A stretch of 64,000 bases of DNA. It comes from Asterias rubens (lineage: Eukaryota). How positions within the stretch are numbered: position 1 is the first letter of the stretch; each line of letters begins with the position of its first letter. Position numbers and translations under genes: made by a program. The stretch spans positions 10,292,001-10,356,000 of the forward strand of contig NC_047076.1 of assembly GCF_902459465.1 (NCBI RefSeq), in the 5' to 3' direction. Under the pieces are notes generated by a model. The model was not told the DNA's origin. It saw nothing but the letters and a program-made list of their open reading frames with translations, and ran no database searches. This document shows positions 43,801 to 57,300 of the stretch, piece by piece.

Positions 43801-43950
43801 CCTTGATTGTATTTCCTCACAGGAGAAGCAGCAAGCAGAAGGATTCGAGATATGCGCTTTGTCCAGAAATACCGATCAAGAAAAGATCTTCATCTTGCTG
43901 TCAAAGCCAACAAGTTCCAGCCTCACCTTCGACCCCAAGTCATCTTCTAG
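37857..43950 (+). CDS. ZNF622: Cytoplasmic pre-60S maturation factor ZNF622 (Rei1 orthologue)
   Basis: Exons 37857-38177, 38540-38735, 39547-39738, 40350-40512, 40883-41013, 43006-43146, 43823-43950 in frame; motifs YTCISCRVAF..QRAHYKSDWHRYNLKRK, CLFC, CLWC..KGRSF.SLDAVQRHM.DKGHC, LVLPSGSRIGHR, C-terminal HLRPQVIF*. Confidence 0.96.
40967..42770 (+). repeat. 73-bp tandem array (~24 copies) made of the last 47 nt of a ZNF622 exon plus its splice donor
   Basis: Unit TGCATTGCAACTACAACAAGATGGATTTGAATTRGTCCTACCATCAG|GTACACAAACTAAACTRTACTTAAAG; first copy is the coding exon end. Confidence 0.95.
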
Positions 43951-44189
43951 ACACATGGTGCACTTTCTCTTTTGTCTCTCTTCTATTTTTTCCCATTTGA
44001 TTTGATAAATGTTTACACACGCGGTTCTTTAATCCCCTGTTGTACAATAGAAAAACATTGTCGGAAAGATATGATCATCCAAATGCTTCACATTTTTTTT
44101 GCAGGACTCTGTACATTATGAAATGTTCATAACAAATATTTCTTTATAAATAAAATATTCTTATATAGTCCATTTCACAATAACGTCTC

Positions 44190-44465
44190 AATGCGCTTTA
44201 CATTAGCACCCTGGTCATTGGGCCAACAACATCCCTTTAATCTTTCTCAGCTCCCTGGGGAGTTTACAGCCCGAGCTGCAGTGGCACTCCGAAGGACAGA
44301 ATCAACCTCCACCCTCGCTATACCCATTTATACCCTTGGGTGAAGAGAAGAAATTAGTGAAATTATAATAAAGCATCTTGCTCAGGGACACAAGTGTCAT
44401 GACCCGGATTCGAACCCGCACTCCAATGACTTAACCACCAGAACTTGAGTTTGATGCTCTAAACA
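44190..44465 (-). mobile_element. tRNA-derived SINE (same family as 52851-53575; fragment also ~51320-51400)
   Basis: Reverse complement carries GGGTTCGAATCCGGG head, GACACTTGTGTCCCTGAGCAAGA and CTCCCCAGGGAGCTGAGA segments. Confidence 0.7.
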
Positions 44466-45377
44466 ATTACTTTCTAAAGACATTTTCTTTCAAGCCAGTG
44501 AAGTAAAAATTTGTATTTGTTCCAGCTTTTCGCCCTCTTCAGCAAAGGTTAACAAGAAATATCTTTTGATATTAATGACAGTAATGATTTAAAGTTTATT
44601 TTTAAACAGAAACTCATGAAAAAATAACAAAAAATTATGAACAAAACAGGTTTAATAATAAACAGTACACAAAAACCCAAACTTCATGACTGCTTTGCAG
44701 CTCTGGTTTAATGAAATAATATAATAACGGTTCTTTCAACTGATTACAAATTAATGTAAGTAATATTTTGAATCTTGTTGCTGACTATCAAATCAGGCAA
44801 GTTAATCAATAACACTACATCAATAGTATCTGAATTGGCAGTAACAGAATGCTAGTACAGAATTACCTGAATAATGGGGAAAAAACGTTTAAAGTCTTCT
44901 GCCACCTAGAGTTCTAAAGTCTCCCATTGATACAAATCTTGCAAAACTTCAAACCATCAAGGTTCGATACTGGATTTTAAAGACAATATGGCTTCTGTGA
45001 TCCGTCATAAACATGATGACCATAGGATGGAACATTTTACATCTCAAATATTGTTCTTCATTTGATTTGATTTGATTTGATTTACTAGTTAACATCATGA
45101 GTAAATTGTCCTAAATAAACCCTTGACCACCATCAGAGTAAATCAAAATGAACAATTGTAGATTTTATGCATGGTCCGGTTATTTGTGTAAAACCTCATG
45201 GAAGTTGTACAATAAAACAATCTGATTGATAGAAATGCAATCAAAACAGTGTTCACCTTTTTGAGAATTAAAGACAGTGCTCAAGTTGTTATTAAGCCTG
45301 TATGCCTTCAGGTAGTTCTGTCAGCATGTTTATTTTACTCCTTTTCTTAAGCTAAACTTTTGTTTGCAGACAAGTTT

Positions 45378-48300
45378 CTATCGAGAGTGAATATTCTTCT
45401 GTCGTTTGGCTGGGGGCCCCTTCTCTGCAGCTCCCTCATAAATGTTAGGTTCAGTTAAGGGTTTCTTGGAGGCCCAAGGGGTGCTAAATAAGGTCTTGGA
45501 CTTCTTCAAAGGTACCACAGATGGAATGGAAGATGTTTTGATGTTGACTTCCTGCTTGGTTGTTGGTTTCTCCAAAGCACTCATCTCCTCTTGATTCTTT
45601 TTCTTTGTGGAGTCTTTTGCAGAGTTTAGATTATCAGATCCACCTTTAAGATCAGAGACTCTGGAGTCAATGGTTTCAGTCAACTCTTTGGTTGCAGATA
45701 TTGTTGCAGAATAAACCTTGTTCTCAGACTCTTGGGATTCCATGGCAACGAGACAAGCCAGGTCTTCTTGTTCAGACACGTTATCTTCCAGGAAGGACGT
45801 CTCGAAGAAGGACAGGAGGGTCTTCTGCCTCGGATCCTAAATAAGAAAGTTTGGAATAAATCAAGAAGTATTGAGATGAGAAAGAACACAGGTGTTGCTC
45901 AACAATGCAGGGATGTGATAGGCTGTTGAATTTTGTTTACATTCCTTTGCCAAAAAAAAAGAAGGGGCGGGAACGCTTACCATGTTTTTATTTTGATTTG
46001 GCCTTAGTACTATTGATTGACAGTAGTAGTCGGACACAGTTACTGCATCATTACAAACCTTAAATGCAGTGGTATCAGCTTCTGAGAAGTCATCCTTAGA
46101 CAGTCCAGCTTGACCCAACACTGAAAGCTTCTTTTGAACAAGCGGCCTGTCAAAAACATGAAGTAATCAATACTAATAGATGTTAGTTATGCCTCTGGAA
46201 GAATTCATTTTGTTTTAATCCTTACACTGATGTGTATTAAGCACCATACTTGGCAATGTCCTGAGTTATGATAGCAAATCCACAGGCAGAGACGGGCAGA
46301 ATCTTGGGTGGGATTCGAACCCACAACCTTTGCTCTGTTAATGTGAGGTTAGAGACTTATAAGTTTCTTTCCCGATTCATAAGGATTATCCTTGGTGGAT
46401 TTTTAAGGAATGAAATCCAACTCCTTACCATATGTAGTCATCAGCGGTTCCCTTTGCAATAAGGTATTTAATATTGACAGAATCCTGCTGGCCAATACGA
46501 TGTACACGGTCCTCTGCCTGCACAAGTATCTAGTATAGGGTTTCAAAACATGATAGATATTTAAACATCCATCTTTACACAAAACCTGATAACAATACTA
46601 CGGTACTGTATTTTTTTCTCGTGACCATTGATCCAAAACTTCCACAGGTTTGTCAGCTGATGTATATGGTGGATTACATAAAGTTCTTTTACTGCCAGCA
46701 ACTGTTTTGTTAGCAAAACCAACTCTGTAAACGTTCCTTTAATCACATTTTTTTAGATTTCTTGTAGGGCAAAAAAAAACAGAAACAGACTTTAGCAGGA
46801 AGAATATCATGCCTGCAGATCTTCATAATTGTAGCTGTTGATTGAACCAAACTTACCCCGGGATTCCAGAAGAGTTCAGCAAACACCACTGTGCTAGCTG
46901 AGGTCAATGTGAGACCAGCATTGGCTGCTGTGATAGACAGGATAGCAGCTCTGCAAGAATCCTCTTGCTGGAACTTGTCGCAGTTCGCCTTACGCTGTAA
47001 CGCTGAGGTACTACCATCGATACGGATGAAATCATACTTCTGTGAAACACAACAAGTTTGATTTGTATTCTCAATTAGAGCAGGATTAAATGAGCAGAAA
47101 TATGAAAGAAAATTGTAGTAAGAGACATCACAAGTACATTAAAACAAGCTAAATGAAGAATTAAAACAAGCTAAATGAAGAATTAAAACAAGCTAAATGA
47201 AGAATTAAAACAAGCTAAATGAAGAATTAAAACAAGCTAAATGAAGAATTAAAACAAGCTAAATGAAGAATTAAAACAAGCTAAATGAAGAATTAAAACA
47301 AGCTAAATGAAGAATTAAAACAAGCTAAATGAAGAATTAAAACAAGCTAAATGAAGAATTAAAACAAGCTAAATGAAGAATTAAAACAAGCTAAATGAAG
47401 AATTAAAACAAGCTAAATGAAGAATTAAAACAAGCTAAATGAAGAATTAAAACAAGCTAAATGAAGAATTAAAACAAGCTAAATGAAGAATTAAAACAAG
47501 CTAAATGAAGATGGGCTGGACACACTGCCCGAAGAAATGACAACAGATGGACAAAAATATACAGAGATTAAAAAATAAGAAAAAAACACTATTTCACATT
47601 ATTTAAGAAATAATTGATTAAGGAGAGACAAATATTTACAATGTATAAAATAAATTGTTCTGAAAGTTGCGGGGAAAAAAAACCTGGATAAAAAATATTG
47701 CTGGCACAGTCAAAGGGCGCATAAAAAGCTGCATTCTATTGCAATTCAGTTGTTAAAAAGGCGTGTGAGGTGAGGGAGAGGGCTCTTTCTATAGCGCTCT
47801 GTTCGGCATTTAAACTGACCCAGAAGTCCGGAGTTCCTAAGTTGGTACCCACTATCATACCTCTGTGGCAAGAGGCGCTTTAGGACTGATGAAGGGAGAG
47901 TTTTGGCAAAAGATTGGCACAAGTGGTTACGACGGCATACCAGTGTTTTAATACTGCACAATTGTAGAGCGTCTGAGTAGCGCACGTAGTCATTGCCAAG
48001 AATAATTCTGCATGCGCGCTTTTGCACCCTTTCCAGATCATTGCACTGCTTACTTGACAAAGCACCTGACCAGGCGGGTGCAGCGTACTCCAAAATTGGC
48101 CGCACAAAGGAGGTTTATATAGCAACAAGATCAGATATGCTTAGGTAATGATACTTCAATTTACGAAGCATGAAAAGGCGGGAATTTGCACGCTTGATCA
48201 TTGAGCCTACATGCGTGTCCCACCTTAAGTCGGCTTGAATAAAAACACCTAAAAGCTTAATAACTGCATATTGTGCAATAATTTTGTCATTTAGAGTCAA

Positions 48301-51300
48301 TGAGAGGGGATCTGGTTGGTTCCGCGAGAAACAAATGTCCATGGTGAAACACTTTTTCACGTTGAGTTGCATTTTGTTGTCCGACGACCTAACATCCAGA
48401 TCAGTTATTGCAGATGGGAGGTTGGATCCAACACTGGCATCACGGGTTTCAATGACAGTCATGTCATCAACATATTTGAAGTGTTTTATACGTGTATTGT
48501 TCTCTTTGAAACCGGCGTCATTGATAATTGCCAGGAAGATAATGGCACCGAGCTTAGTGCCTTGTGGGACACCTGCATTAGTATGGGTCCATTCCGAAAA
48601 GCAATCAAGGTATCTCACGCACTGTTCACGATTAGAGATGAAATCACCGATCCATGCGGCTAAATGTGGTGGAACTCCCAACTTGAGGAGCTTGGAGACT
48701 GGAATTGGGTGGTCGATGTGATCAAAAGCCTTAGAAAAGTCAGTGAGAAGAATGGACGATATAGACTTGGGTAGTTCAGCATTAGCATGGAGTGTGTGAA
48801 GAACATCAATCAAACAGTGCGTAGTGGATACGTTCTTGATGTTTCTGAACTGGGCGGGGTCGAGGTTGGGTTTAATCGACAACATTGTTTGTTGAGCAAT
48901 GAAGTGTTCTGTCACTTTGGCAAAGTGATCTGTGAGGGCAATGGGTCGCAAATTGTCTATGTTGGCTGGTGAAGTTTTGGGCACAGGGACGACAATTGCC
49001 CTCTTCCATTGTGCTGGGACGATAAGATGTGCAAACGAGGCGTTGATACACAATGTAATGTGAGTCAATGGCTTAGAAAGTTCATAAGAATACTGTCGTA
49101 TAAATCTAGCCAAAATATTATCGGGGCCACTCGCCTTTGTGCTGCTTATTCTCTGAAGTTGTTTGAGCACCTCCCAAGGTTGGACAAGAGGGATTGGTTT
49201 GGCTGGAAGGTAGGCTGGCAGTAAGGATGTATCCAAGGGGTCAAGGTCGTTACCGACTGCAGCGAACTTTTCACAAATAGCAGACGCTATGTCCTTGTAA
49301 GCTGTGGGGTCAATATTCCGCAACTGGATGTTGCGATTTGTGCTCGTGCCTGTTGTAATAAGTCGAACTTCACGAAACCATGAACTCGGATTAGATTTCT
49401 GAGTCGCTCGACCTTGGTTGTGTAGTGTGTTTTCTTGGCCAGTTTGATTTCACAATTGATCTTGTTCCTGAAATACCTCCACGCGATTGTTGGTTGCCAT
49501 TGAAGGCACGCTGACGCTTGACAACGAGTGATTTGATGTAGGGTGTCAGCCATGGTTTGTCAGTGGGGTGTTTTTTGACTGATTTCTTCGGAAAGTAAGT
49601 GTCTAGCACACAGTTGAGGGTTTCGTAGAACTCCGTGCATTTTGCAGTGACGTCATGCGTGCTGATTACTTCCAACCAATCATGGTCACTCAACCATGAA
49701 CCACATTCTCGCACGTCGCTGTCCTTCATGGGCCGTACCACTCGAGTCTTGCTAGTGTTGGTATTGCGGATGGGGCTTTTAGGTCTGACAATGACACAGC
49801 AGTGATCACTAAGACCAAGGGGGGAGCTGATTTCTACAGGATTGTAGAATGATGATAGGTTGGTGATGATCTTGTCTAAAATGGCATCTTCACGAGTTGG
49901 CTTGTCCACAATTTGAATAAAGTTATTTGACAAAAGAGGATCCAGTTCTAGCCGGTTAAAATCACCCATGACAATGCCGGAATCAGGCTGCCGAGTGAGA
50001 ATTTGATCAAGCAGAGGTTGAGCAATAATGCTTTTGGGAGGGTAGTAAACAGTTCCAATCACAATGTTTGAAATTGAACGTGGTAAGCGTGGAGGCCGAA
50101 CATTAACCCAGATTGCTTCGATGTCATCAGGAACCTCTATGTTATCAAGTAAGGTGGCATTCAAGCATTCTTTGGTGTAAAGAGCTACACCCCCTCCTCG
50201 TCGCTAAATTGATCCACAGGTTGGTCTGGTGAAAACCACGTCTCCGTGATAGCTCCAATGTCCACTTTGTTATTGTTCAAAATCAGGCTCAGTTCATCAA
50301 CTTTGTTATTGAGGGAACGAGGATTACATAACAAGGTAGTTGGTAGCTGATAATGGTACCTCGGTTGCTCAGTTGTTATGTTAATGAGGTTCCCAATTCC
50401 TCTCCTTTGTGTAGATTTCAAAATGGTGGACCTTTGCGACATTACTACTGGAATATGACGAAGTGTTGTAGATCCTCCTCTGCAACCTCGCTTATTAATT
50501 TTTGCTATGTTATTAGCTCTCAGAATATCCCACGTTCGTTGCGGTAGGTTGGTTTTTTGCAATTTCCTTCCTATGTCAGTGATACTCTTGGCAGAGTATT
50601 TCAGGACTGACGTCATCATTGCTTAGATTATATCACAACTGGTTAACGGTAGAGAGATGCCTGCAGTTCCACAAAATTACGAAAGCAGTTCAAAAATATA
50701 GTCACTTACTCGTGGGAGAGTTCATAGTTATTGAGAAGACTCACCAAGTTGTTAGGAAGGTCTATGTTGATCTTGCAGTCAGGAATATCAATTATTATGG
50801 ATAATGGAGAGATTTGGCAAGAATAAAATTTGACAGAGACAAAAAAGCCGTCCAGCTGCCTAGAGGCATTGACATCCGGGAAGAAATGGACAAGAAATAG
50901 GACAAGAATGGACAAGAAATAGAAATGAATGGCGTAACATGAAGAGGGCTACATCCTACACTGGACTCCTACACTGGATGAACACATAGCCAAAATGATA
51001 TATTCTCAACGATCTCATTAGAGCCAAACGAGAAGAGAGACATCAAACCACAGGAGACTGCATAATGGGACATCAAATAATTGGCAAGGATTCCTGACGT
51101 ACCTTGTTGGTTAGAGCCGTTGACAGAGCGTCCAAGACAGTCTGATGATGTGCAAAGACAAGAAACTTGTGACCGCCCTCCAAAAGATCAAGAATGTAGT
51201 CCCTTTAAGAGAAGAGAAAATGCAAGAAAATATTTACTTTTAAACTGCTTTCTTGTCTTAATAAAATTAATAATAGTGGCTTCTTAGATAGCGTTTCAAA

Positions 51301-54300
51301 TGCGTCACTCAGTGACACTCAGAAATTATTACCCCTGGTCACTGGGCCATTTCTTTCATTCCTTAAGCCATCTCAGCTCCCTGGGGAGTACTATGTATAT
51401 GGCTTGTATTGTTAAAGGGTGGCTGCAGTGTTTTTTTTATTCATTTAAACGATTAAACATGACTTTTTAAACCTGAAATATTTTTTTCTATTTTTAATTA
51501 AATGCGCAAGTATTTTAAAAATGGTTTTCAAGAGATTAGGGGAACCCACCCCGCCCTCTAACAGGGAGCCTTCATTTGCATAAGCGTGACGTCATGTCGG
51601 TAACCCGAGCCGTCAGGCCCCCTGGCTGTGTGCATATAGAGACGTGTGCACTGTGTGGCCTGGTACCTAGGCGCGTGTAGTTAGGGACCAGACTCTTTTT
51701 GCCGACGATATGTTTGAATTCCCGACGTGACGTTGATGGTAGGGGGCGGTAACAATCCACAAAAGGGGGGGCATGACTTATTCGCTAATTACGCAAGTCA
51801 AATATGTCGGGAATAAACAAAACACATTCTATTGATGTTAATTTTAATTCACTGCAGCAACAAAATTGTATTCCAATGTGAATTGTCAGCTTTCAATTGG
51901 ACATCTTGGGTTTATAAATGAAAGCAAACATTTAGTTACGTTGTTTGATGGAAGTATCATTTGTTTGCGACACAATGTACATGTACATGAAGAGTGCATA
52001 CCTTATGGCCGGTACCTTCACAAGTGCTGTCTCGGCAAAGTATTTCATAAGAAGTCCTCTGTCGTCAGATTTCTAAACCCAAGAAAGAATAAATTAGTTT
52101 AACCACCAAAATGCGATAAGACCTTTCATATGTGTTAAATTTGCATAAGGGATTAAGAATACTATTTTGTTTTACCAACGTCCTCCGAAACTAACTGGTT
52201 AACCAAATTAACAATTTTACTCACCGATTTATTTTTGCCCATTTCATCGGCTGCATTCTTCAGTGCTTTACTGTTAGTCTTGACCACTGAGGGATCCATG
52301 AGTACCTGTCAAATATCAAAGGATTTTATGCCAAACTGAAATGTGCTTATAAGCTTGACTGAGGTTTTTGGTTAAATATTGCTCCAGTCAATTTCTCTTT
52401 GTTCTACCCTCACATTGTTTAAAATCCACCCAGTCAGTTTCCCTTGTAGTTATTTATTTGTTATGTTTCCCTTATTACTTCACAAAAAGAGATAAGAGGA
52501 GACAGAATTTTTAAGCAATTGGAACTGGATTGATTTACAAGAGTCCAATGGACAACAGTCTCAACATTGTTTGATCATGATCAAAAGAACATGTCCTAAT
52601 ATAAAGCTCGTACTTTCGGTAAGCAACAATTACCTAACAGTAAGCGTAAGGATTGTCCCTAGTGGTCTCACCATTTGTCTAGTCTTGGATGGAAGCTCCG
52701 TCATTACATCCTGCTTCAACCTTCGGATCATGATGCACTCTTCTAAAAGAAGTTGTAGTTCAGTCATATTGGAAGAGCCCGAGTAATCCCAACCCCATTG
52801 ATTCTAAACAGCCAAAACAAATCAAATATTTGCATAGATAAATTATCGATGGGTGTTGCGGCTGAGTGGATAAGAGCATCGAACTCAAGCTCTGGTGTTT
52901 CTGCTCAGCACAGTGTGGGTTTGAGTCCCGGTTGTGACACTTGTGTCCCTAAGCAAGACGCTTAAAGGAACACATTGCCTTGGATCGGTCGAGTTGGTCT
53001 ATAAAAAGCGTTTGTAACCGTTTGTTATAAAATGCATGTGGGTAGAAAGATGTTGTAAAAGTAGAATACAATGATCCACACAAACATGTCTCGAAATTGC
53101 ACGGTTTTCCTTTTACCTCGTCGACTAACACGGTCGGCCATTTATGGGAGTCAAATTTTTGACGCCCATAAACGGCCGACCGTGTTAGTTCGCACAGTAA
53201 AAGGAAAACCACGCAATTTCGAGGCAAACTTGTGTGGATCATTGTATTCTACTTTTAAAACATCTTTCCAACCATATGCATTTTTATAAAAAACGGTTAC
53301 AGACGCTTTTTATAGACCAACTCGTCCGATCCAAGGCAACGTGTTCCTTTAACTATAATTGCTTCTCTCCACCCAGGGTTAAATGGGTACCTGTGTGGGC
53401 AGAGATGGTTCTTGTGATTGATTTAGTTTTAGTAGGGCATATTTGTTGCACAGGCCGTATACTCCCCAGGGAGCTGAGATGGCTTAAGGAATGGATGAAT
53501 GGCCCTGTGACCAGGGGTAAGAAAGCACTTTAACCATGAAGCATTGTATTAAAGCGATTGTTATTATTATTACTATCATGCATGGAAGTCATTACTATTT
53601 CAATACTTAATTCTTTTGACACAAATAAGCATTTTGGGGACTTGATTAACTCCGAAAAAGGATAATGTCAATTAAGGACTATGAGGTTGTCCCACAAGGG
53701 TGTGGTTATATGTCACCCTTGTATAGTTTCTACCCTTACCTGAGTTGCATTGCAGTATCTCAGACCAAACTCATGAAATGATGGGAAGAGTCTGGGTGTT
53801 ACACCAAGGATCTGAGTGTAGAGTTCTGAAGGCCTTGATAAAGCAGGTGTACCTGATAGTAAGATGACACGGGGTGCTGTCTAAAGTACAGGAGATATCA
53901 ATGTGAAATACAATAATAATAGGAGTCTGGGTGCTACACCTAGGATCTGAGTGTAGAGTTCTGAAGGCCTTGATAAAGCAGGTGTACCTAATAATAAGAT
54001 GACACGGGGTGCTGTCTATAGTACAGGAGATATCAATGTCAAAAACAATATTAATAAGGGAATAAAAGGGTAGCGACGAGTTCTTCAACGTACGTTTAAA
54101 GCCGGCAGGGTCGACCGCCGTGTGAGGCTGGGGCCTTTATCGCACGTTAACGACCCTGCAAGGTTTTAAACCGAAGTTGAAGAACAAGTCACTACTCTTT
54201 TATTTCCATTCATAAATGCCCTTTTGTTAAAAAACGTAAAAAAATACAGTTATAGACACTTTAACAACTGAAAATTCAAGGTTTGAAATATTTTTCAAAA

Positions 54301-57300
54301 CTTTGTGAAGAATCTGTTCGAGGCGCGAGGGTTGTGTGTACGCGTGTGCGCTTAGATTACGCTCTGATAGCTATGATTTGCGCGTTCTGCGTGATAATCT
54401 TGCACGCCCGACACGCAGAAGCCAGCTCAGTGTGCTTAAACAGAGCTCCAGTGTGCATTAACAAAAGGTTTATGCACACCCATGGACACAATCTCCCCCC
54501 TGTTAAATTTAGTTAAATTTAGGGATAAAGAATGACATTTGCATTTTACCTTTACACTGAAGTGTGTTTGGAAGACACGATATTTGCAAGTTTTTAGTGT
54601 GTATACAAAAAGTTGTTGGTTTGAATCCCGCTCTAGTCAATTTTTGTTTGTATTAGTAATTTCCTTAATGGATAGAAACGTGCAAGATAATTACCTTCAT
54701 CAGGGGTATAGCTGCTTTCGTTCTCGCTGTTTTTATATTCTTCAAGAAATGGCTCTCATCCTGAATGGTTTATCAAAAGAAGAAACAAAGATTATTATGA
54801 ACATGTCACAAAAGAAATACATCTGATCTAGCTAATCTAAGTTTCATTGACGTTGCATTGACGGTATAATTATTACTTGACTAATAAAGATTTCAGTAAT
54901 GTATAAACTATGTGCAGTGCGCGGGCCTAAAGGCCAAGTTACACTGCAGCGATAACGATAACGATCATGATGCAAAGAGAACGCTTTCTATTGGTTGAAT
55001 TGCTCCACGCAGAATACGCCCACGCTCATTCAACCAATGGAGGGCATGCATTTTGATCATTCTCGTTTTCGTTACCAGGGCCTGTGTGACCGGGCCTTAA
55101 AGATGCTATGTCAGATTTTTGGACGATTTGACCTAAAATTTTGATTTAAAATTCAATTGGTATTTTGATGGGGGTCAAGAAAGTTACAAGCTTTCATTTA
55201 AGCCATTGCTCGAAAAAGTTCGCCAATTATTAGTAGCAGTGAAATAAAGTGCTCAAAATTTGTTTTTGTCGGGATCCCGACAATATATCACGTGACCAAT
55301 TATTATGTGTTTTATAAGAATCGTTTTAAATTTTTGTCATGGTTCCTGACCATTAAAAGTAAAAGTTAAACATTTTTTCGTTAGAGTGGGTGATACTCTT
55401 TGAAATACCATTCACTCAAAAAAATATATTGTTTAATGTTTGGGGCCAAAAATCTTACAAAGCATCTTTAAGCTTGAGCCGTAGCCCAAGCCGAGGTTTG
55501 AGAAAGGTCCCAGGACTAGCTACATTATCAACCAAATAACTTACCATAATGATGACCTTGAATCTGAATTGTTTGAGTTCTTGTGCTTTACGATGCATCA
55601 AATCATAGCTGAGAATATTCACCTTGCCTGATGTTGCATTATGTTTACTGTTTACTACAACATTGATATCATCAGGGCTTAATGAAGGAATCCAGGTTTG
55701 GAAAGCCTACAGTTTAAAAGAAGAAAACAAACATTTGACTAAACTAACTCTCAATCTTAGAGACAGTAACAGACTCTTAAGCAATAATGTTTGGCATTGA
55801 AATGTTCATCAATCATATTATTAAGTAGTATTTGAAACTTTGCATTGTGGAAATACGATATAGAAAGGTTTGTGGTAACACCATGTAATGACTATCTCTA
55901 ATGAGTTGGGGTGGTTCTGAAAAGAACCGTTGGTTTCAACTCTAGTTGAAACCAACGGTTCTTTTCAGAACCACCCCAAGTCATTAGAGATAGTCATTAC
56001 ATGGTGCTACCGCAAACCTTTCTAAATCATATTATTGCTACTTCTGAAATAAAAACTACTGGGGAAATTGAAATTATCATTCTAATTTTCAGGCAAATAC
56101 TGACGGATTGACTAAGGGCTTTCGAGAAAACACTATACATGTACAGACAGATTTGCTATGGAGTATTCAGCGAAACCTTGAAAGACATTTTGGAGTTTTT
56201 TTGCATCATAATTTATTACAATTTCTTTCTCCACTGGGAGTACAGTGAGATAATAGAAGAAGGTAATGATGGGTAAAGTTGCACACATTAAGGATACAAG
56301 AGGGCAGTGAGGTGTAACGTTGGTCCACATTAAGGTTTAGAAAAGGGTAGCAAGGAATAAATTTGGTGACCAGTGAGGGGTAATGATGGGTAAAGTTGTA
56401 CCTCGGCCCATGAATATCTAACAGAGGATGGAGAGACGACCAGGACCGGCCACTCTGCACGATAGTAGCATGCTACACAGATTGCTTGTAGTGTCTTGCC
56501 TAATCCCATCTCATCTGCAATAAGAACTCGTCCCTCTCTGCTGATCGCAAAGCTTGAATAAAAGAAAAATTGATATGTAGCAAAACAACACAAGAATGTC
56601 AGAACAGGGCATAGAGCAAGTTCGAGTGCGAACATTTAGTTGACCCCTGATTGACCACTGACTAGCTTCCCAGTACATCTCAGAACTACTTAAAGTTTAC
56701 ACTCCGTCAAGGAATCTTTGATCAAGTTCCATGCTACTCCTCAATAAACCCAAGTCTCGACACTCCTGGGGGTGACAGATCTTTTTCTTCAGCTGCGCAG
56801 CGCATCTGGAACACTACACCAGTTAATCTTAGATCTTGTCTTTGTACCACAAAATGCAAATATCTTCTCAAAGGTTTTCAGTGACTAATACAGTAGAGTT
56901 TGTTTTTCTTCTGTTTGTTTTTGGTTTTACTGCACCTTGAACACCCAGCAGGGTGGATACCTGTGCTTTACAAACCTGTATTATTATTATTAACAATTCT
57001 TATTCAAGATGCTTAAAGGCAAGGTGCCCCAATCCTGTTAGAACAAATTCGATATGCAGGAAAAAAAAACACTGAGGGGAAAAAAAACATGCTGTTAGAT
57101 AAATCAAGCATAAATAACATAAAATGCTTACTTTACACCCTCGCGCTGAAAACCCATGAGTGCGTTGACTAGTGTACTATCCACACACTTAAGATTGGCT
57201 TCAGGTATAACACGGTTGCCTTCCTTGCCATGTCGCTGCCTACGGAATGCAGTGCATATGGTCTTAGGTAGAGGCTCTATCTCAACGGATGGTTGAAGGG

